Shown one piece after another: positions 37,868-51,604 of a DNA stretch of 64,000 nt. Location of the stretch: positions 175,274,001 through 175,338,000 of the forward strand of contig OX597814.1 of NCBI GenBank assembly GCA_951406725.2, written 5' to 3'. The translations under genes and the position numbers were made by a program. The stretch is from Octopus vulgaris. Taxonomy: Eukaryota. The notes below the pieces were generated by a model. It did not search any database. It was not told where the DNA came from and saw only the letters and a program-made list of their open reading frames with translations. The stretch's first letter is position 1, and each line of letters begins with the position of its first letter.

Positions 37868-38429
37868 CTAAAAATAATCATAAAAAGATTACATCAACAT
37901 CATTGTTCCCGCCACCACCACCACCTCCTCCTCCACCACCATCATCACCACCATTATCATCATCAATTTTACATCAACTATTCATGCTGGCATCTGTTAA
38001 CCAGGTTGTTACAATCTGAGTCAGTTCTTATTTGGAGTTACTGCTCTCTTTGATGGGTAGGAGGACATCTTGCTAAAAATATTCCCCTTTTTGGCAGGGT
38101 TTCTTTGGCTGGATGCTCTTCCTATTAGCAATTTTGTTATAATGTGTACTAAGCAGATTTTAAGATGGTATCAACATTAGAGTGGTTGATATGCTTACTC
38201 TTTTACTTGTTTCAGTCATTTGACTGTGGCAATGCTGGAGCACTGCCTTTAGTCGAACAAATCAACCCCAGGACTTATTCTTTGTAAGCCTAGTACTTAT
38301 TCTCTCGGTCTCTTTTGCTGAACTGCTAAGTTACGGGGACGTAAACACACCAGCATTAGTTGTCAAGCGATGCTGGGGGGACAAACACAGTCACACAAAC
38401 ATGCATGCACAACCACACACATACACACA

Positions 38430-39945
38430 TATAAATTTATATAAATAAGGATAAGATCGTTAATTTAAAATAAAATAACGAACCTATCAAGTGGTCAGCA
38501 TGGAAAAATAACCTTCAAAGGTAATAATTATTAAAATTATAAATTAGGGTATCTAAGAGATACCACCATGCTGAAAATAGCAGCCATGAACTGACTCTAA
38601 AACCACCTTAAGTTTTCATATAGCAACATGGAGAAAAGACAAAGAGACAAGATGAAACTAGTAAAAAAATTACTGGATAATTCTAGCTCCCGGATTTCTG
38701 ACTTTGCATTTAGAAATGCTTTGCCTCGTCAGTAGAATACACTCAGAAAGAAACATAAATACATATATATATATATATATATATCATCATCATCATCATC
38801 ATCATCGTTTAGCGTCCGTTTTCCATGCTAGCATGGGTTGGACGGTTCTACTGGGGTCTGTGAAGCCAGAAGGCTTCATCAGGCCCAGTCAAATCTGGCA
38901 GTGTTTCTATAGCTGGATGCCCTTCCTAACGCCAAAAATATATATATATATATTGGTAAAACGGTAAGATAACAAAAGAAAGAAAGAGACCTCAATATTG
39001 TGTAAATAGAGGAAATTTATCTATAAAATAATATGTTACATTACTCGATAGTCAAGATAAAACTCTGAGTTTCAGATGCCGAAGTGGGAATCCACGCCAC
39101 CATCTCTTCGGTTATCTGGCTATTTGTATAATGGTATTTTTTCATAGTGTTTTCAAATAGCCAGATAACCGAAGAGATGGTGGTGTGGATTCCCACTTTG
39201 GCATCTGAAACTCAGAGTTTTATCTTGACTATCGAGTAATGTAACATATTATTTTATATATATATATATATATATATTTACAACATACAAATACTTACAT
39301 ATACGAACGTATACATACATATATATGCATGTACACATCAAGGCTAGTTCAAAATGCCCGTTAATTCCATGTGCTATATGGTAAAATATTACCGCAGTAA
39401 ATACAGTGATGAAATAATATATATGTGTATTTACGTTTCTTTCTGAGTGTATTCTACTGACAAGGCAAAGTCAGAAATCCAGGATCTAGAATTATCCAGT
39501 AATTTTTTTACTAGTTTCATCTTGTCTCTTTGTCTTTTCTCCATGTTGCTATATGAAAACTTAAGGTGGTTTTAGAGTTGGTTCATGGCTGCTATTTTCA
39601 GCATGGTGGTATCTCGTAGATACCCTAATTTATAATTTTAATAATTATTACCTTTGAAGGTTATTTTTCCATGCTGACCACTTGATAGGTTCATTATTTT
39701 ATTTTAAATTAACGACCTTATCCATATTTATATAAATTTTAATTTATTTTGTCACTGTATTTACTGCGGTGATATTTTACCATATAGCACATGGAGTTAG
39801 CGGGCATTTTGAACTAGCCTTGATGCATACGTGCATATATATGTATGTATACGTTCGTATATGTAAGTATTCATATGTTGTATTTATATATATATATATA
39901 TATATGCATTTACGTTTCTTTCTGAGTGTATTCTACTGATGAGCC
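38430..39945. mobile_element. Nested cluster of inverted-repeat pLTR-like modules with HHR-like motifs
   Basis: 38430-38765 inverted vs 39420-39740; 39275-39415 inverted vs 39745-39890; internal palindrome 39022-39258; HHR-like cores CTGACGA/CTGACAA/CTGATGA and CCGAAGA. Confidence 0.7.
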
Positions 39946-40516
39946 ACTCCTACACCTATACTTACCACACAGCCACTCCTATGCCTATTATATTTTATTT
40001 ACAGGGTTTACTGGCTACAATATGTCATGGCGACAGTATTATTGAATTTGTCTTGCAAGATGAAAGAGTCATTACTACTCTTTGACATGATTAAGAGGGG
40101 TGAATGGAAAGGAGTGGGAACTGTGAGTATGATGGGAGGGGGGGCAGTGGAGTGAGAGAGTATTACAGGAATCAGAAGTGGAAGAAGTACAATGTTGGAA
40201 TGGGAGTGTGATGTGAACAACAGTGATAGTACAATGGATAGGAGTGGAGTGGGGCAGTTATTAAAAAGAATAAAATATTCATTCATAAGGTATGATAAAT
40301 ACAGTGACTTGTTCTCAGTCTATTATTTCTTCTGCAGTCGTCTCATTAGGAAGAGGGCATTAGTATTGTTTCTCCTTGGTTCACTAACAGACAGACAGAC
40401 TGAAATTCTTTTTAACTGGAAAGCTGTTTTTTACTTAAATTTTCTTTTTTCTGGTTAAAATTAAACTATCACTATCTGATGTGATACTATGTTAATCAAC
40501 TTTGTTGTTAATGGAT

Positions 40517-40915
40517 ACTCTTTTACTCTTTTACTTGTTTCAGTCATTTGACTGCGGCCATGCTGGAGCACCGCCTTTAATCGAGCAATTCGATCCCGGG
40601 ACTTATTCTTTTGTAAGCCCAGTACTTATTCTATCGGTCTCTTTTGCCGAACCGCTAAGTAACGGGGACATAAACACACCAGCATCGGTTGTCAAGCAAT
40701 GCTAGGGTGACAAACACAGACACACATACACTCATATATATATACATATATATGACGGGCTTCTTTCAGTTTCCGTCTACCAAATCCACTCACAGGGCTT
40801 TGGTCGGCCCGAGGCTATAGTAGAAGACACTTGCCCAAGGTGCCACGCAGTGGAACTGAACCCGGAACCATGTGGTTGGTAAACAAGCTACTTACCACAC
40901 AGCCACTCCTGCGCC
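40517..40915 (-). mobile_element. SINE family A, full length
   Basis: Same consensus; older copies at about 14240-14600, 23970-24410, 37230-37620 and 55355-55735. Confidence 0.85.
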
Positions 40916-41564
40916 TTTACATACTTTTCTTCTATCAAAGTAGCTGAATAATATTCAGTACATGTACTGATATCAACAATCAACATCATGCCCTTAATTA
41001 ATGCTCCAATTCATATACAGACTTCATCATCATCATCATCGTTTAACGTCTGCTTTCCATGCTAGCATGGGTTGGATGATTTGACTGAGGTCTGACAAAC
41101 CAGATAGCTGCACCAGACTCCAATCTGATCTGGCAGAGTTTCTACAGCTGGATGCCCTTCCTAACGTCAACCACTCCAAGAGTGTAGTAGGTGCTTTTAT
41201 GTGCCACTGGCATGAGGGCCAGTCAGGCGGTACTGGCAACGACCACGAAAATATCGTGTTTTTTTTTTTTTTTACGTGTCACCAGCACACCGACACAAGT
41301 GTGAGTAAGGCAACGCTGGTAACGATCATGCTCGAATGATGGTGTTTATGTGCCACCGGCACGAACGCCAGTTAGCCGCTCTGGCAACGATCACGCTCGG
41401 ATGGTGCTCTTAGTGCTCCACTAGCTTGGATGCCAGTCATCGAATTTGATTTTAATTTCACTTGCCTCAACAGGTCATCACAAGCAGTGTCCAATGAACT
41501 TGTGTCTATAAAACCCCAGAAATATACAAAACATAATAACCAACAATAGCAACAATATATTTAC

Positions 41565-41708
41565 CTTCTACAAAAACTGCAAATTCACATAATCCTCCTG
41601 TTTCAGTGAGTTGTTCTTTGTTTAAAACTTTACAAGTTTCAAAATCTTTTCTAATATAATGAAGGTGAATTAGCCAGTTGCGTGATTCAAGAGCTGGTAA
41701 ATCAGGGG
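41565..41708 (-). CDS. BBS4: BBS4 exon 3 ([47 protein letters not shown])
   Basis: Diagnostic [12 protein letters not shown] motif of BBS4; ttctag acceptor, gtaaat donor; 144 nt. Confidence 0.97.
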
Positions 41709-42387
41709 CTAGAAAATATTGCAGATATATATGTAACAAACTTTGTACAATATATAACAAAAAAAGTACAATAAAAATATCAACATTTTATATTTGTTTG
41801 TTCATTTTCCATGTTAGTGTTGGTTTCGACTGGGAATTATTTGCAGCAAGATATTATGTCTGTATATGCTTCCTAGGTGCGGGCATGGCTGTGTGGTTAG
41901 GGAGCTTGCTTCCTAGCTACATGGTTTCGGGTTCAGTCCCATTGCATGGCACTTTGGGCAGGTGTCTTCTGCTATAGCCCTGAGTCGACCAAAGCTTTGT
42001 GATTGAATTCAGTAGGCGGAAGTTACTGCCGTGTGTGTATATGTGCGTGTAGGTGCTCAGTGCCTCTCCGAAAGAGAGAGAGAGAGAGAGAGAGAGGGGT
42101 TACCAGCACTTGTTTATCAAATAAGGAATTTTTTTAGTCCAAAGGTTTCTGAAAGTATAGAGTGACTGATCATAATGTTAACAAGGAAAGTCAGCGTCAC
42201 CATCAGTTCACTGAAGCAGTGACAATGTGGAATATCAATATTTCCACACATATGTTGTAACTCCCATTGATCAGATTACCTTACAAAGCATTGGTTGACC
42301 CAGGACCATTGTAAAAGGCATTTATGCAAAATGCAGTGCATGAGGACTAATCTTGAAACTATGTGGTTGCATAGTGAACTTCTTAAC

Positions 42388-42418
<31 letters not shown>

Positions 42419-42562
42419 ACACGTGTGCTTTTCTCAATGAACAAGTAAATATGTTCTGTCTCTTCTTCCTTTCTTAGAATCAATCCTTTCTGTAAACTAA
42501 ATTGCAACAGTAGATGAGTCTCTGTTACTCCAATTCCCCATGTTTTAAATCAATGTATAGAT

Positions 42563-43228
42563 AACTAGAAAAGCACTTGGAGGGCACAGACCACCACCAA
42601 GCAGCTTATTTTCACCCATATACATGAATGCTGAAAATTGCCCAATTTCCCAAACCAACGCTGGCAAAAACAGAACATCCTTGGCGGGGTTAAAAAAATA
42701 ACACAGCCATATGATTAAAAAAAAAAACCCCTTTAAAAACAGGAATCATCTGAAGCAGTTATAGTACATCAATGAAAACAGCAAGCTAGTTTCACAGTGG
42801 CGAAGGAAGGAGCAAAGCCCAAGATTTTTGAGTCAATCCCAATAGTCAAGGCTTGTCATGTCATCTCCGCAGACCTCCGCCAAGCAGCTCATTTTAAGAT
42901 AGATACACGAGCAAAATTACTAATAGAGAAACGAAAATAAACTTTGAAAACAGCAACGCCACCATAGGTTAAGTGGAAACGATGAATGTATTTTCAAGGG
43001 AGATAATCAAAGAATGTAACATTGAAATACTTCATGTAAAGTAAATATAACAAATGAAAAATCCTTCAAGAATCCATAAAAATTCATGGATCACAACCAA
43101 AATTTCATCATCTGTTCCTTGTGTCATTACCAACTTTGTCATTCTCAACTTTCTGAGTTATTTTGCACACAGGCGGGCAAACCAACGCCGATGGAAACAT
43201 AACCTCCTTCCTTGGCAGAGGTAAATAT
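42563..43228. mobile_element. Possible Helentron/HINE-like non-autonomous element(s)
   Basis: Repeated CCTCCGCCAAGCAGC / CTTGGC(G/A)G(A/G)GGT subterminal motifs and an end hairpin ACCTCC...GAGGT. Confidence 0.4.
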
Positions 43229-43258
43229 AATATACAGTAAAATATATATTTTATATAA

Positions 43259-43292
<34 letters not shown>

Positions 43293-44378
43293 ATAGATAT
43301 AGAAGATGTATATTATATATTCATCATCATCATCATCATCAATATTAATAAATAAAAAATTGGATTCATTTTTAAGCCTCAACAAAATCAGAACTTCTGG
43401 TCTATTTTTTGATACCTATTATTTGCTAACCAAATAGAGGGAAAACAAAGAATTTTTGTAAGTAATATCATATATTCAATAAAGTTGGCAGACTGGATGA
43501 AATGAGGCTATGGGCTTGATTTGGAGCATGGATCATAGTTTGCCAATCTTTGGTGTAGCAGATTCGGTATACTTCAGTATGTTAGTGGTACTTAATTTAT
43601 TTAACTCAGAAGAAAAAAGACAAAGTTGACTCTGGTAATTATTGAAATTCAGAATAATTAAACAATAATACTGCAGAAAAAATTAATGCAATCAATGTTA
43701 TTTTATTTGAAAAATTCAATATTAAAACACAAAACAAAACCCCACAAAACTTCAGTTGTTTCACTTCTCCATTGCATCATGGAAGGAATAGTTTTATATT
43801 GTTTTTACAGCTGACTATACTTCTTGAAGTGGAAAATTGTCAGAGTCATTAGAGCAATGGATAGAATACTTTGTAGTATTTGTTTCAACGCTCTGTACTC
43901 TGAGTTCATATTCCATTGAGGTCAGCTTTAATTTTCACCCTTTTAGGGTTAATAAGAAAAGTATCCAATCCAGGTTGGTGGATTAAGCAAAATGTTAGAG
44001 GGTTGGATAAGATGTTTTGCAATATCTCTTCCAGCTCCTTGAGTTCTGACAACACAACCCAATGCCTGCAATGAAATTGGTTTCATGCTGTATTGGCCCC
44101 AGTTGGCAGCCTGCATAAACATTAGAGGCAAGAAGATGAGTGACTTGCATGCATGATCCAGTTTTCCTAAAAAGTAAACAAAAAAACCCTGCCTAGGCCT
44201 GCACATACCTGCAGCTGCACAGGTACATGCAGATCATGCATCTGCACAAGTATGTTCTGATGCATAACCAGCCTTCACCAACAGGACCCTTTTCCTATCA
44301 CTAAACATACAATCAAGAAATATGAGGTTATTCAAAATAATATAAGAAATTTGTGTATAAATGAGTGGTATTACTGAC

Positions 44379-44487
44379 GTTTTTTTTGTTTTGCTGCTGG
44401 TCGATGGGCTTGTGATGTATTTGATGATACTGAATCAGTTAGTGAACTAGATGATGCATTCACTACTGGTGTAGAGGTACCATTTTG
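44379..44487 (-). CDS. BBS4: BBS4 exon 2 (QNGTSTPVVNASSSSLTDSVSSNTSQAHRPAAKQKK)
   Basis: tacag acceptor, GTCAGT donor; 109 nt ending phase 1; joins exon 3 as KQKKPPDLP, cf. vertebrate RQKKAPEFP. Confidence 0.8.
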
Positions 44488-45919
44488 CTGTAGATATAAA
44501 TAAAATAAATCAGACATTATATAAAACAGTATTGTTTGTTTATTATATTGAAAAAAAAAAGAAAAGAAAAAAAGAAAATTCAGCTTTTACACTCTTCAGT
44601 TACTGTTTAGCTTCCTATCAGCTATGATTAGTTAAACCCACAATTAAAGGCATTCCATTTGCAAACATTCCATTGTATTTACCTAGGATTATCAATGTGT
44701 CAGTTCATTTTAAAGATGATAATAATAAAATAAATGCACCCTTTTAAAGTCTAGCCAGGCTCATGGGCCCAGTTTCCTGGTTTCTATGGTGTATGTATTC
44801 CCCAGCTGGACGGGACACCAGTCCATCGCAGCGTTACTCATTTTTGCCAGCTGAGTGGACTGGAGCAACGTGAAATGAAGAGTTTTGCTCAGTAACACAA
44901 CGTGTCGCCCGGTCCCGGAATCGAAACCAAATCTTACGATCATGGTGCTGACACCCTAACTACTAAGTCATGCGCCTCCATATTTAAAGATGAAAGGGTG
45001 TGATTAAAATGAGATTTGGTTGCTATATCTAGCATACATAATACAAATATGTGTGTGTGTGTGTGTATTAAAGTCTTTGTTCCCACCATTCACTGCTTGA
45101 CAACTGGTGTTGGTTTGTTTATATAACCCATAACTTAACAGATGCAATAAGTAATAAACTTAAAAAACAAGTACTGGGGTCAAATCCTTCGACTAGAACC
45201 TTTTATGACAGTGCCCTGGCATAGCTGCAGTCCAATGATTGAAACCAGTAAAAGACAAAAAATAATGACCCTAAAACGCCTAAGGAAGGGGAAACGGGAA
45301 ATCTTGACATTCATATTTAGCTATGGCTTTCCTAATACGTAATTTAAAATGATGGTAATCTCAGTCACCTTAATTTACATATTAAGAGAAGTGATTGAAC
45401 AACTGTTGTACTTAAAAAAAAACTACTTTATAAATATAGTTGGATGGTTATACAAATTTGTGTATTAACTTGTAGTATTAGACACCCCAACTCCAATTTC
45501 TTCTCTACTGCCAGAAAACGCAATAATGATTATAATGAAGATGCTGTTAATGATGAAGATGATGTTGATGATGATATATCTATTAAATTTTATTTACCCC
45601 GGAAAAATGAAAATTAAAAACGACTCTGACAGAGTTTAAACCCAGAAAATAAGAACAATAACAATAATATTCATTTCGATTAACATAAATATAATAGTAT
45701 ATTGCAGTTAATGTGCTGAGGAAAGTATAAACAACGAATTAGTTATCGTTGTCAAGGAGGTTCACGAAATTATATAAACAGAAATCATTCTAATGGCTTC
45801 TTGAAAAACAATTACAAAGCATTCCTGAATATTACCAAATCTATTTCTGTGATAAAATATGTAAATATTAACTCTAATATCATGCTGGATTTAATATTGA
45901 AACATATTCACAAACTTAC

Positions 45920-45949
45920 ACTTAACTTTTTAGCACCGACGTCTGCCAT
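45920..45949 (-). CDS. BBS4: BBS4 coding exon 1 (MADVGAKKLS)
   Basis: ATG at 45949-45947, 10 codons, then GTAAGT donor; phase 0 fits exon 2; CpG-containing promoter-like sequence upstream. Confidence 0.75.
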
Positions 45950-46085
45950 ATTTAAACAGTGGTTGCCAGCGGTGTTAGATACACGCCATTCTATTGGCTA
46001 ATATTAATCTGTTTAGAGTTATTGTCCATGGGGACTTACGAGCTAATCCTCTCCGAGTGTTTGTTGTTAGGCTCACGTCAGCCTA
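45950..46085 (-). promoter_or_regulatory. BBS4 proximal promoter/5'UTR with RFX X-box-like, CCAAT and CRE-like motifs
   Basis: On the minus strand: GGCAAC half-site (45962-45967), CCAAT (45993-45997), GTCCCCATGGACAA (46022-46035), TGACGTG (46074-46080). BBS genes are established RFX targets. Confidence 0.45.
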
Positions 46086-46860
46086 GCTCTGACGGACCTA
46101 TAATGGAAGCTATTCCAACCGTGACCACCCTGCCTACTTTTCCAGACATAATATATCTAGAATCACATTATTTACAGTGTCTGTTTCATTTTCCTTTAAG
46201 CCAGATGTGACTACGAGAGAGATTTGGCTATTATTTCTAGCAGGCCAAGAGTAAGTGACTGCGTATAGGTTCCTTATATATTGATAGCTAAGGGTTTAAA
46301 CTAGTGGTTCTCAGCCTTTTTAATATCCAGCCTGATCTAAAACCTGGATTATTTTTTAGGGGCCGCAATAAAACATGGATTAATTCTAACTGGGAGACGG
46401 ATGAAGCTCTATTACAGTAACGAGAGCTGGGTTTGTCAGTTCTTGTTACAGTTGAGGATTGACGGAAGCATAGAGTATGAGATAATCTACTTTCAGGTAC
46501 CACTTTCAACCCCCTCCTTGATCAATTTGATCAATTTTCAAGGTGTCGCCTACTTTCAGCTTGAGCAAAATTCTCGGGATTGGTCCCCTGCCTTTGGCCA
46601 TCGCACTCAGAGTGGGTGCTGACGTCTGCAGGAAACTAAGATGCTGCTGTTGTATGGCCCTCGACCCCATAGGTCTTCACGGTCTGTCTTGCCGCCTAAA
46701 TGCTGGTCGCTTCGCTCGTCACACCGAACTAAACCTAATTATTAAGAGGGTCCTGACTTGGATTAATATCCCCTCAGTTCTGAAGCCAACGGGGTTATCC
46801 AGATGTGATGGAAAGAGACCAGATAGTCTTACCCTCTGTCCCTGGGTTAGAAGTAGGTGC

Positions 46861-47287
46861 GGATCTTTTCGGTTTGAACGGCAGTTTTTTCTAGCGGTGT
46901 CAGGTGTCATATAAAATTGTCACCCATAATTATGACCCTAGTATCGATCTATTGCATTTTAATGTTTTAGGGTTAGGGGTGGGGGGAAGGGTATCTTTTT
47001 TTCTTCACAAATGTAAATAAGCCCAATCTGTTTCTTAAACGAGGGACATATTCATACGGCATAGAATGTTTTTTTCTACCTCAATAGACGTCACTGATTG
47101 GTTGAAATTGCAGAATTGCAGAAATTGAAGAAAAAAACAACAAATATCTTACAAACTATAGAATTTTCTCAATAAAGGCAAGAGAAAAAGATGTTTTATA
47201 AACGCATTCTACCAGTATACGAAGTTTTAAATTTTTTAGTTACCTAGAAAAAAATGTTAAAAACTGCCGTTCAAACCGAAAAGATCC
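46861..47287. mobile_element. Same MITE family in opposite orientation, inserted in a CRE-like LINE
   Basis: Perfect TIR GGATCTTTTCGGTTTGAACGGCAGTTTT; TSD GTAGGTGC at 46853-46860 and 47288-47295. Confidence 0.92.
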
Positions 47288-47713
47288 GTAGGTGCCTCAT
47301 TTGGAACGCCACAGTCTGCGACTCTTTTGCTCCCTCCCACAATCTGGATGCTGCAGTAAAGGGGAGGGTCACTGCTTTCGTAGCCGGAAGGAAAAAAAAC
47401 CTTGAAGTATCGAGACCTGACAATGAACTATCTCTTCCAACCTATGGTGTTTGAGACGTTCGGTGGGACTTGGCCACTAACCACGAAGTTCTTATCATCG
47501 TTAGGAGCTCGTTCATCAATGTGTCAGGTGATACATCCTTCAAAACTTCCATGCTTCCTGAGATTCGCCAACACTACACCTGATTTTCTCCCCTCCATAC
47601 ACACGCAAGCATGTATCTGACTCATACAGTGTTCACTCCCAAGACATTCGTACATTACTGCATATGCTTTATACGCACTTTTGACAAGTTGTGGTGCACC
47701 TGAGCACTGTATA

Positions 47714-47897
<184 letters not shown>

Positions 47898-48925
47898 CTC
47901 GTGAAGATACTTGGCTTTTCCAACGCCTTAGCCCCACAGTCGCCCGTGGTAATGTTGTGAACGTGCTGGTTTGGTTCAGCAGGTTCTGCTGAACCTTGTG
48001 GTGCGCGACTAGTTGAAGCACTTGGTGCTGCATTGTTTTCTTCTCTTTCTTCCCCACAAATGGTTTCAATACAGTTTTAGCGGAGAGATCTAGAAGAATT
48101 TGAAGAAAGTTCTCCGGTTATTTTCTTTCATGTAAATAAATGTCAATTAACAAAAACAAAACAAAAAAAAAAAACAACAAAAACAAACAAACAAAAAACA
48201 AACAAGCAAATTAAAAAAAACAGTCAATCAAAGAAAAATTTATATTTACAGAGGGAAAATCGTTGAGGGTCGCCGGAAGGCTACTTGAGGACCGCATGCA
48301 ACCCTGGGAACTGCTGATTTAGATAGTAAAACGTTGAACTAGTTTTGTCATTGTAACCTCTTCAATGTTGACTTAGTCGATATTCATCATAAAAGTAGCA
48401 AGTTGGCAGGAATGTTTGAGCGTTGGTTAGAGTGTTTTGCGGTATTTGTTCCGGCTCTCTGCACTCTAAGTTCCAATCTCGCTGAGGTCAATTTTGCCTT
48501 TTATCTTTTCGGGGGTCGATAAATAAAGAATCATTCCAGTACTTGTGTCAGTAGCATCTTAAAACGTGGACGCACTTTTGGAACTAACTTACTTTATTAT
48601 ATGAAATATTATCTAATTCTCTGACTATGGTTATGTAGTGGATCTTGCAGGCATAATGTAGATTCGATCCTAGATAGCCAAATTTAAATTAACACTTTAA
48701 CTGCACATTTCTCATGGTAAAACAATAGTTTTTCTGTGATAGCAGTTTATATTTGCCAAGCACCTTAGTTTAGCAAAATAATGTCTTCGCCACTTAACCC
48801 TTCTAACCTCTTCTATTTCACCAAAAGCTAGAATTATGATAACAAGTACCACCAACGAAATCCATTGGTCTCAACGATATGTCTATCCTTCTGGATAGTT
48901 ATAAAAACAAGAACCCCCGAGTAAG

Positions 48926-49735
48926 GTGACGGTCATAACACAGACTTGGTCTGGGAGTTCGCTATCCTTGCTAGGGAGAGCGGAGGTTGCGCAGGTGTTT
49001 ATAGCATCTGTGATAACCTACCACCTAACCGTTGTGCCTTTCCCCGGTTTGTGGCCGAACAAGTTGGAACGGATCTTTTTCTGCTTTTTGTGGGAGGGGA
49101 AACCACCACTTGTGAGGCGCTCCATCTGCTGCCAGAAACCGCTAAAGGGTGGGTTAGGGATGCCTTGGCTGATGATGTGCATGTACGCGCTGAGGCTGAG
49201 ACACCTCTGGCTCTATCTGGATGGTGAACGGGTGTGGTCACCGCATATCAAGTTCTTCCTGTCACATTTGACGTCCCTGCGGGAGGTAGGAGCATGGTTC
49301 ACGTGGAGACCAAAAATGAGTGTATGGCAGAGGGAGTGCAGAAATGCACTCACTCTGTTCTCCCGGGCGAGCAATGCCGGCAGCGGGGTTTCCTACTGCG
49401 GATTTCTATAGCGGGTTGATAGAGCATATGTCCGACGACGCCCTGGGGGAGACTCTAGGCTTCGATGAGGAACAGCTTGTCAACCTGTTCGGAAAAACAT
49501 TCGGGGCGAGGTATCTGGACAACTTCCAGAAATCACTGGCCTGGTTGTGCTACCGATCACCCTTGCTAGTTCAAGAGAGGTTATCAAGGCATGGTGCCAG
49601 TATTCCGCCCACGTGCCCGAGGTGCGGGCATGTCAGGGAAACTGTCACGCACGCCTTTATACACCTGGTGTCAGATGCGGAAAGAGTACGGGTATCGATT
49701 GAGGCTATCATTAAGATTGTGCAACCTCCCATATA
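48926..49735 (+). mobile_element. L1/Tx1-clade LINE ORF2 3' fragment (pseudogene)
   Basis: LSLLGRAEV...KLERIFFCFLWEGK...GGLGMP and C-terminal CPRCGHVRETVTHAF zinc knuckle; frameshifted. Confidence 0.85.
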
Positions 49736-50261
49736 TAGCCTTCAATTCTTGGGGCAGGGGAAACAACAGAAAGTGTTGTCGTTCATATTTATTCATTTTA
49801 TCAAATAAACCACACACCTACGTACATATTTCATATACACATACAGACATTATTATTATAGATAGGGTGGTGGTTTGGCAGGATCGTTGCATTGTCAAAC
49901 AAAATGCTTCGCGGTATTTCATTTCTGCGGCGAGCTGGCAGAAACGTTAGCACGCCGGGCGAAATGCTTAGCGGTATTTCGTTTGCGTTACGTTGTGAGT
50001 TCAAATTCCGCCGAGGGCGACTTTGCCTTCTACCCTTTCGGGGTCGATAAATTAAGTACCAGTTACGCACTGGAGTCGATGTAATCGACTTAATACCTAT
50101 GACTGTCCTTGTTTGTCCCCTTTGTGTTTAGCCCCTTGTGGGTAATAAAGAAATAGGTATTTCATTTCTACGTTCTGGGTTCAAATCACAAGAGGTCGAT
50201 AAAATAAAATATGAGTCAAGTACTGAAGATCAATATAATCGATTAACCTCCCTAAGAAACC

Positions 50262-50304
<43 letters not shown>

Positions 50305-51387
50305 CCCGCCACCGCTTGGCAACCGGTGTCGACTTGTTTACGCTCAGGTAATATAGCAGTTCGGCAAATGAACCGATACAATAAATACAATACTTTAAAA
50401 AAGGACTGGGGTCGTTCTGTTTGACTAAATCCTTTTAGGCGGTGTCTCAGCTTGGCCGCACTCAAATGACTGCAACAAGTAAAGAATAAAAGGCAAACGA
50501 ACAAAGTTCCAAGTCATATTGCGTGGAGTTCTATTAAAAGATATAAAAAGGGACGCAACTACATAACTTGAAAAGTTACTTCCCTTGAATATAGCATACA
50601 GTATGTTTGTTTTTATCAGTAAACCAACTCATCTCTACTCTGACTAATATTACACGCTTGTAAGTACCAGCTGATCATTGGGATCGATATAATTGGCTTA
50701 TCCCCACCCCTCCCCAAAACTGCTGGCCATGTACAAAAAATTGAAACCATCATTACTCACTAGAACACATTTCTTCGAAGAAGCATTTGCGCGAAACAAC
50801 TCTCCTCTCCTTTTTTACGAATTTCATTAACTGTAATTTTCTTTGGCTGATGAAAAGCATCATTATTTTCCTCAGTCACCAATGTTTATGGTTTTCTGTT
50901 ACTAAAAGCAAATGGACCGATCTTTCGCTGGTTTCTCGATAAGTATCGTAATTATTCGATCAATGAAACAACTTACTCATTGAATTATAATATACGTGGC
51001 TGAGGATTTCGCATACATTTGTACCATTTTACGTAAATCTTAAATAGAATTAATGACAAAGCCGAGCCTTTAATTACAAGCACAAGACAACTCGCAACAC
51101 ACTCACACACGCTCGCACATTCACAGTTAATTATCTGTCTGTCTGTCTGTCTGTCTGTCTATTACTCTTATACAAGAATGTTCTTGACTGTGACTTCGAA
51201 GTATCGGGCATCGTCGGACTACAAAAATATAGAGTTACCCATCGGATTAGTGTGAAATTGTTATTATAACTGAACATAAAAACAAATATATATATATATA
51301 TGTTTTTAGAAAAAAAATTTATCCGGAGAAGAAGCTCAGTCTAAGAAGTAGAGCAGTCTAAACTTTTTCCTGGTGAAGGCCGGTTTA

Positions 51388-51449
51388 TGGGGTTACCCGG
51401 GTTTCCCGTCCATAAAGGGTTTAACTTTATAGCGTATCGTCAGACCCCA
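51388..51449 (-). ncRNA. Type I hammerhead ribozyme
   Basis: TGGGGT CTGACGA TACG-CTATAAAG-ttaaacc-CTTTATGG-ACGG GAAA CCCGGG TA|ACCCCA; perfect stem I; palindromic stem III (ACCCGGGT); imperfect base of stem II. Confidence 0.7.
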
Positions 51450-51531
51450 AGACCTGTTGGCCTAAGACCTCTTTAAAAGTATTTTAAAGAGGTCATAGGC
51501 CAGAGTAACCCCATAAATTAGCTTTCACCAG

Positions 51532-51601
<70 letters not shown>

Positions 51602-51604
<3 letters not shown>

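Noticed and set aside
50761-50830. Possible minus-strand exon ending in GTGAGT in a CpG-containing unique region
   Set aside because: Weak acceptor, no recognisable protein similarity, no partner exons found
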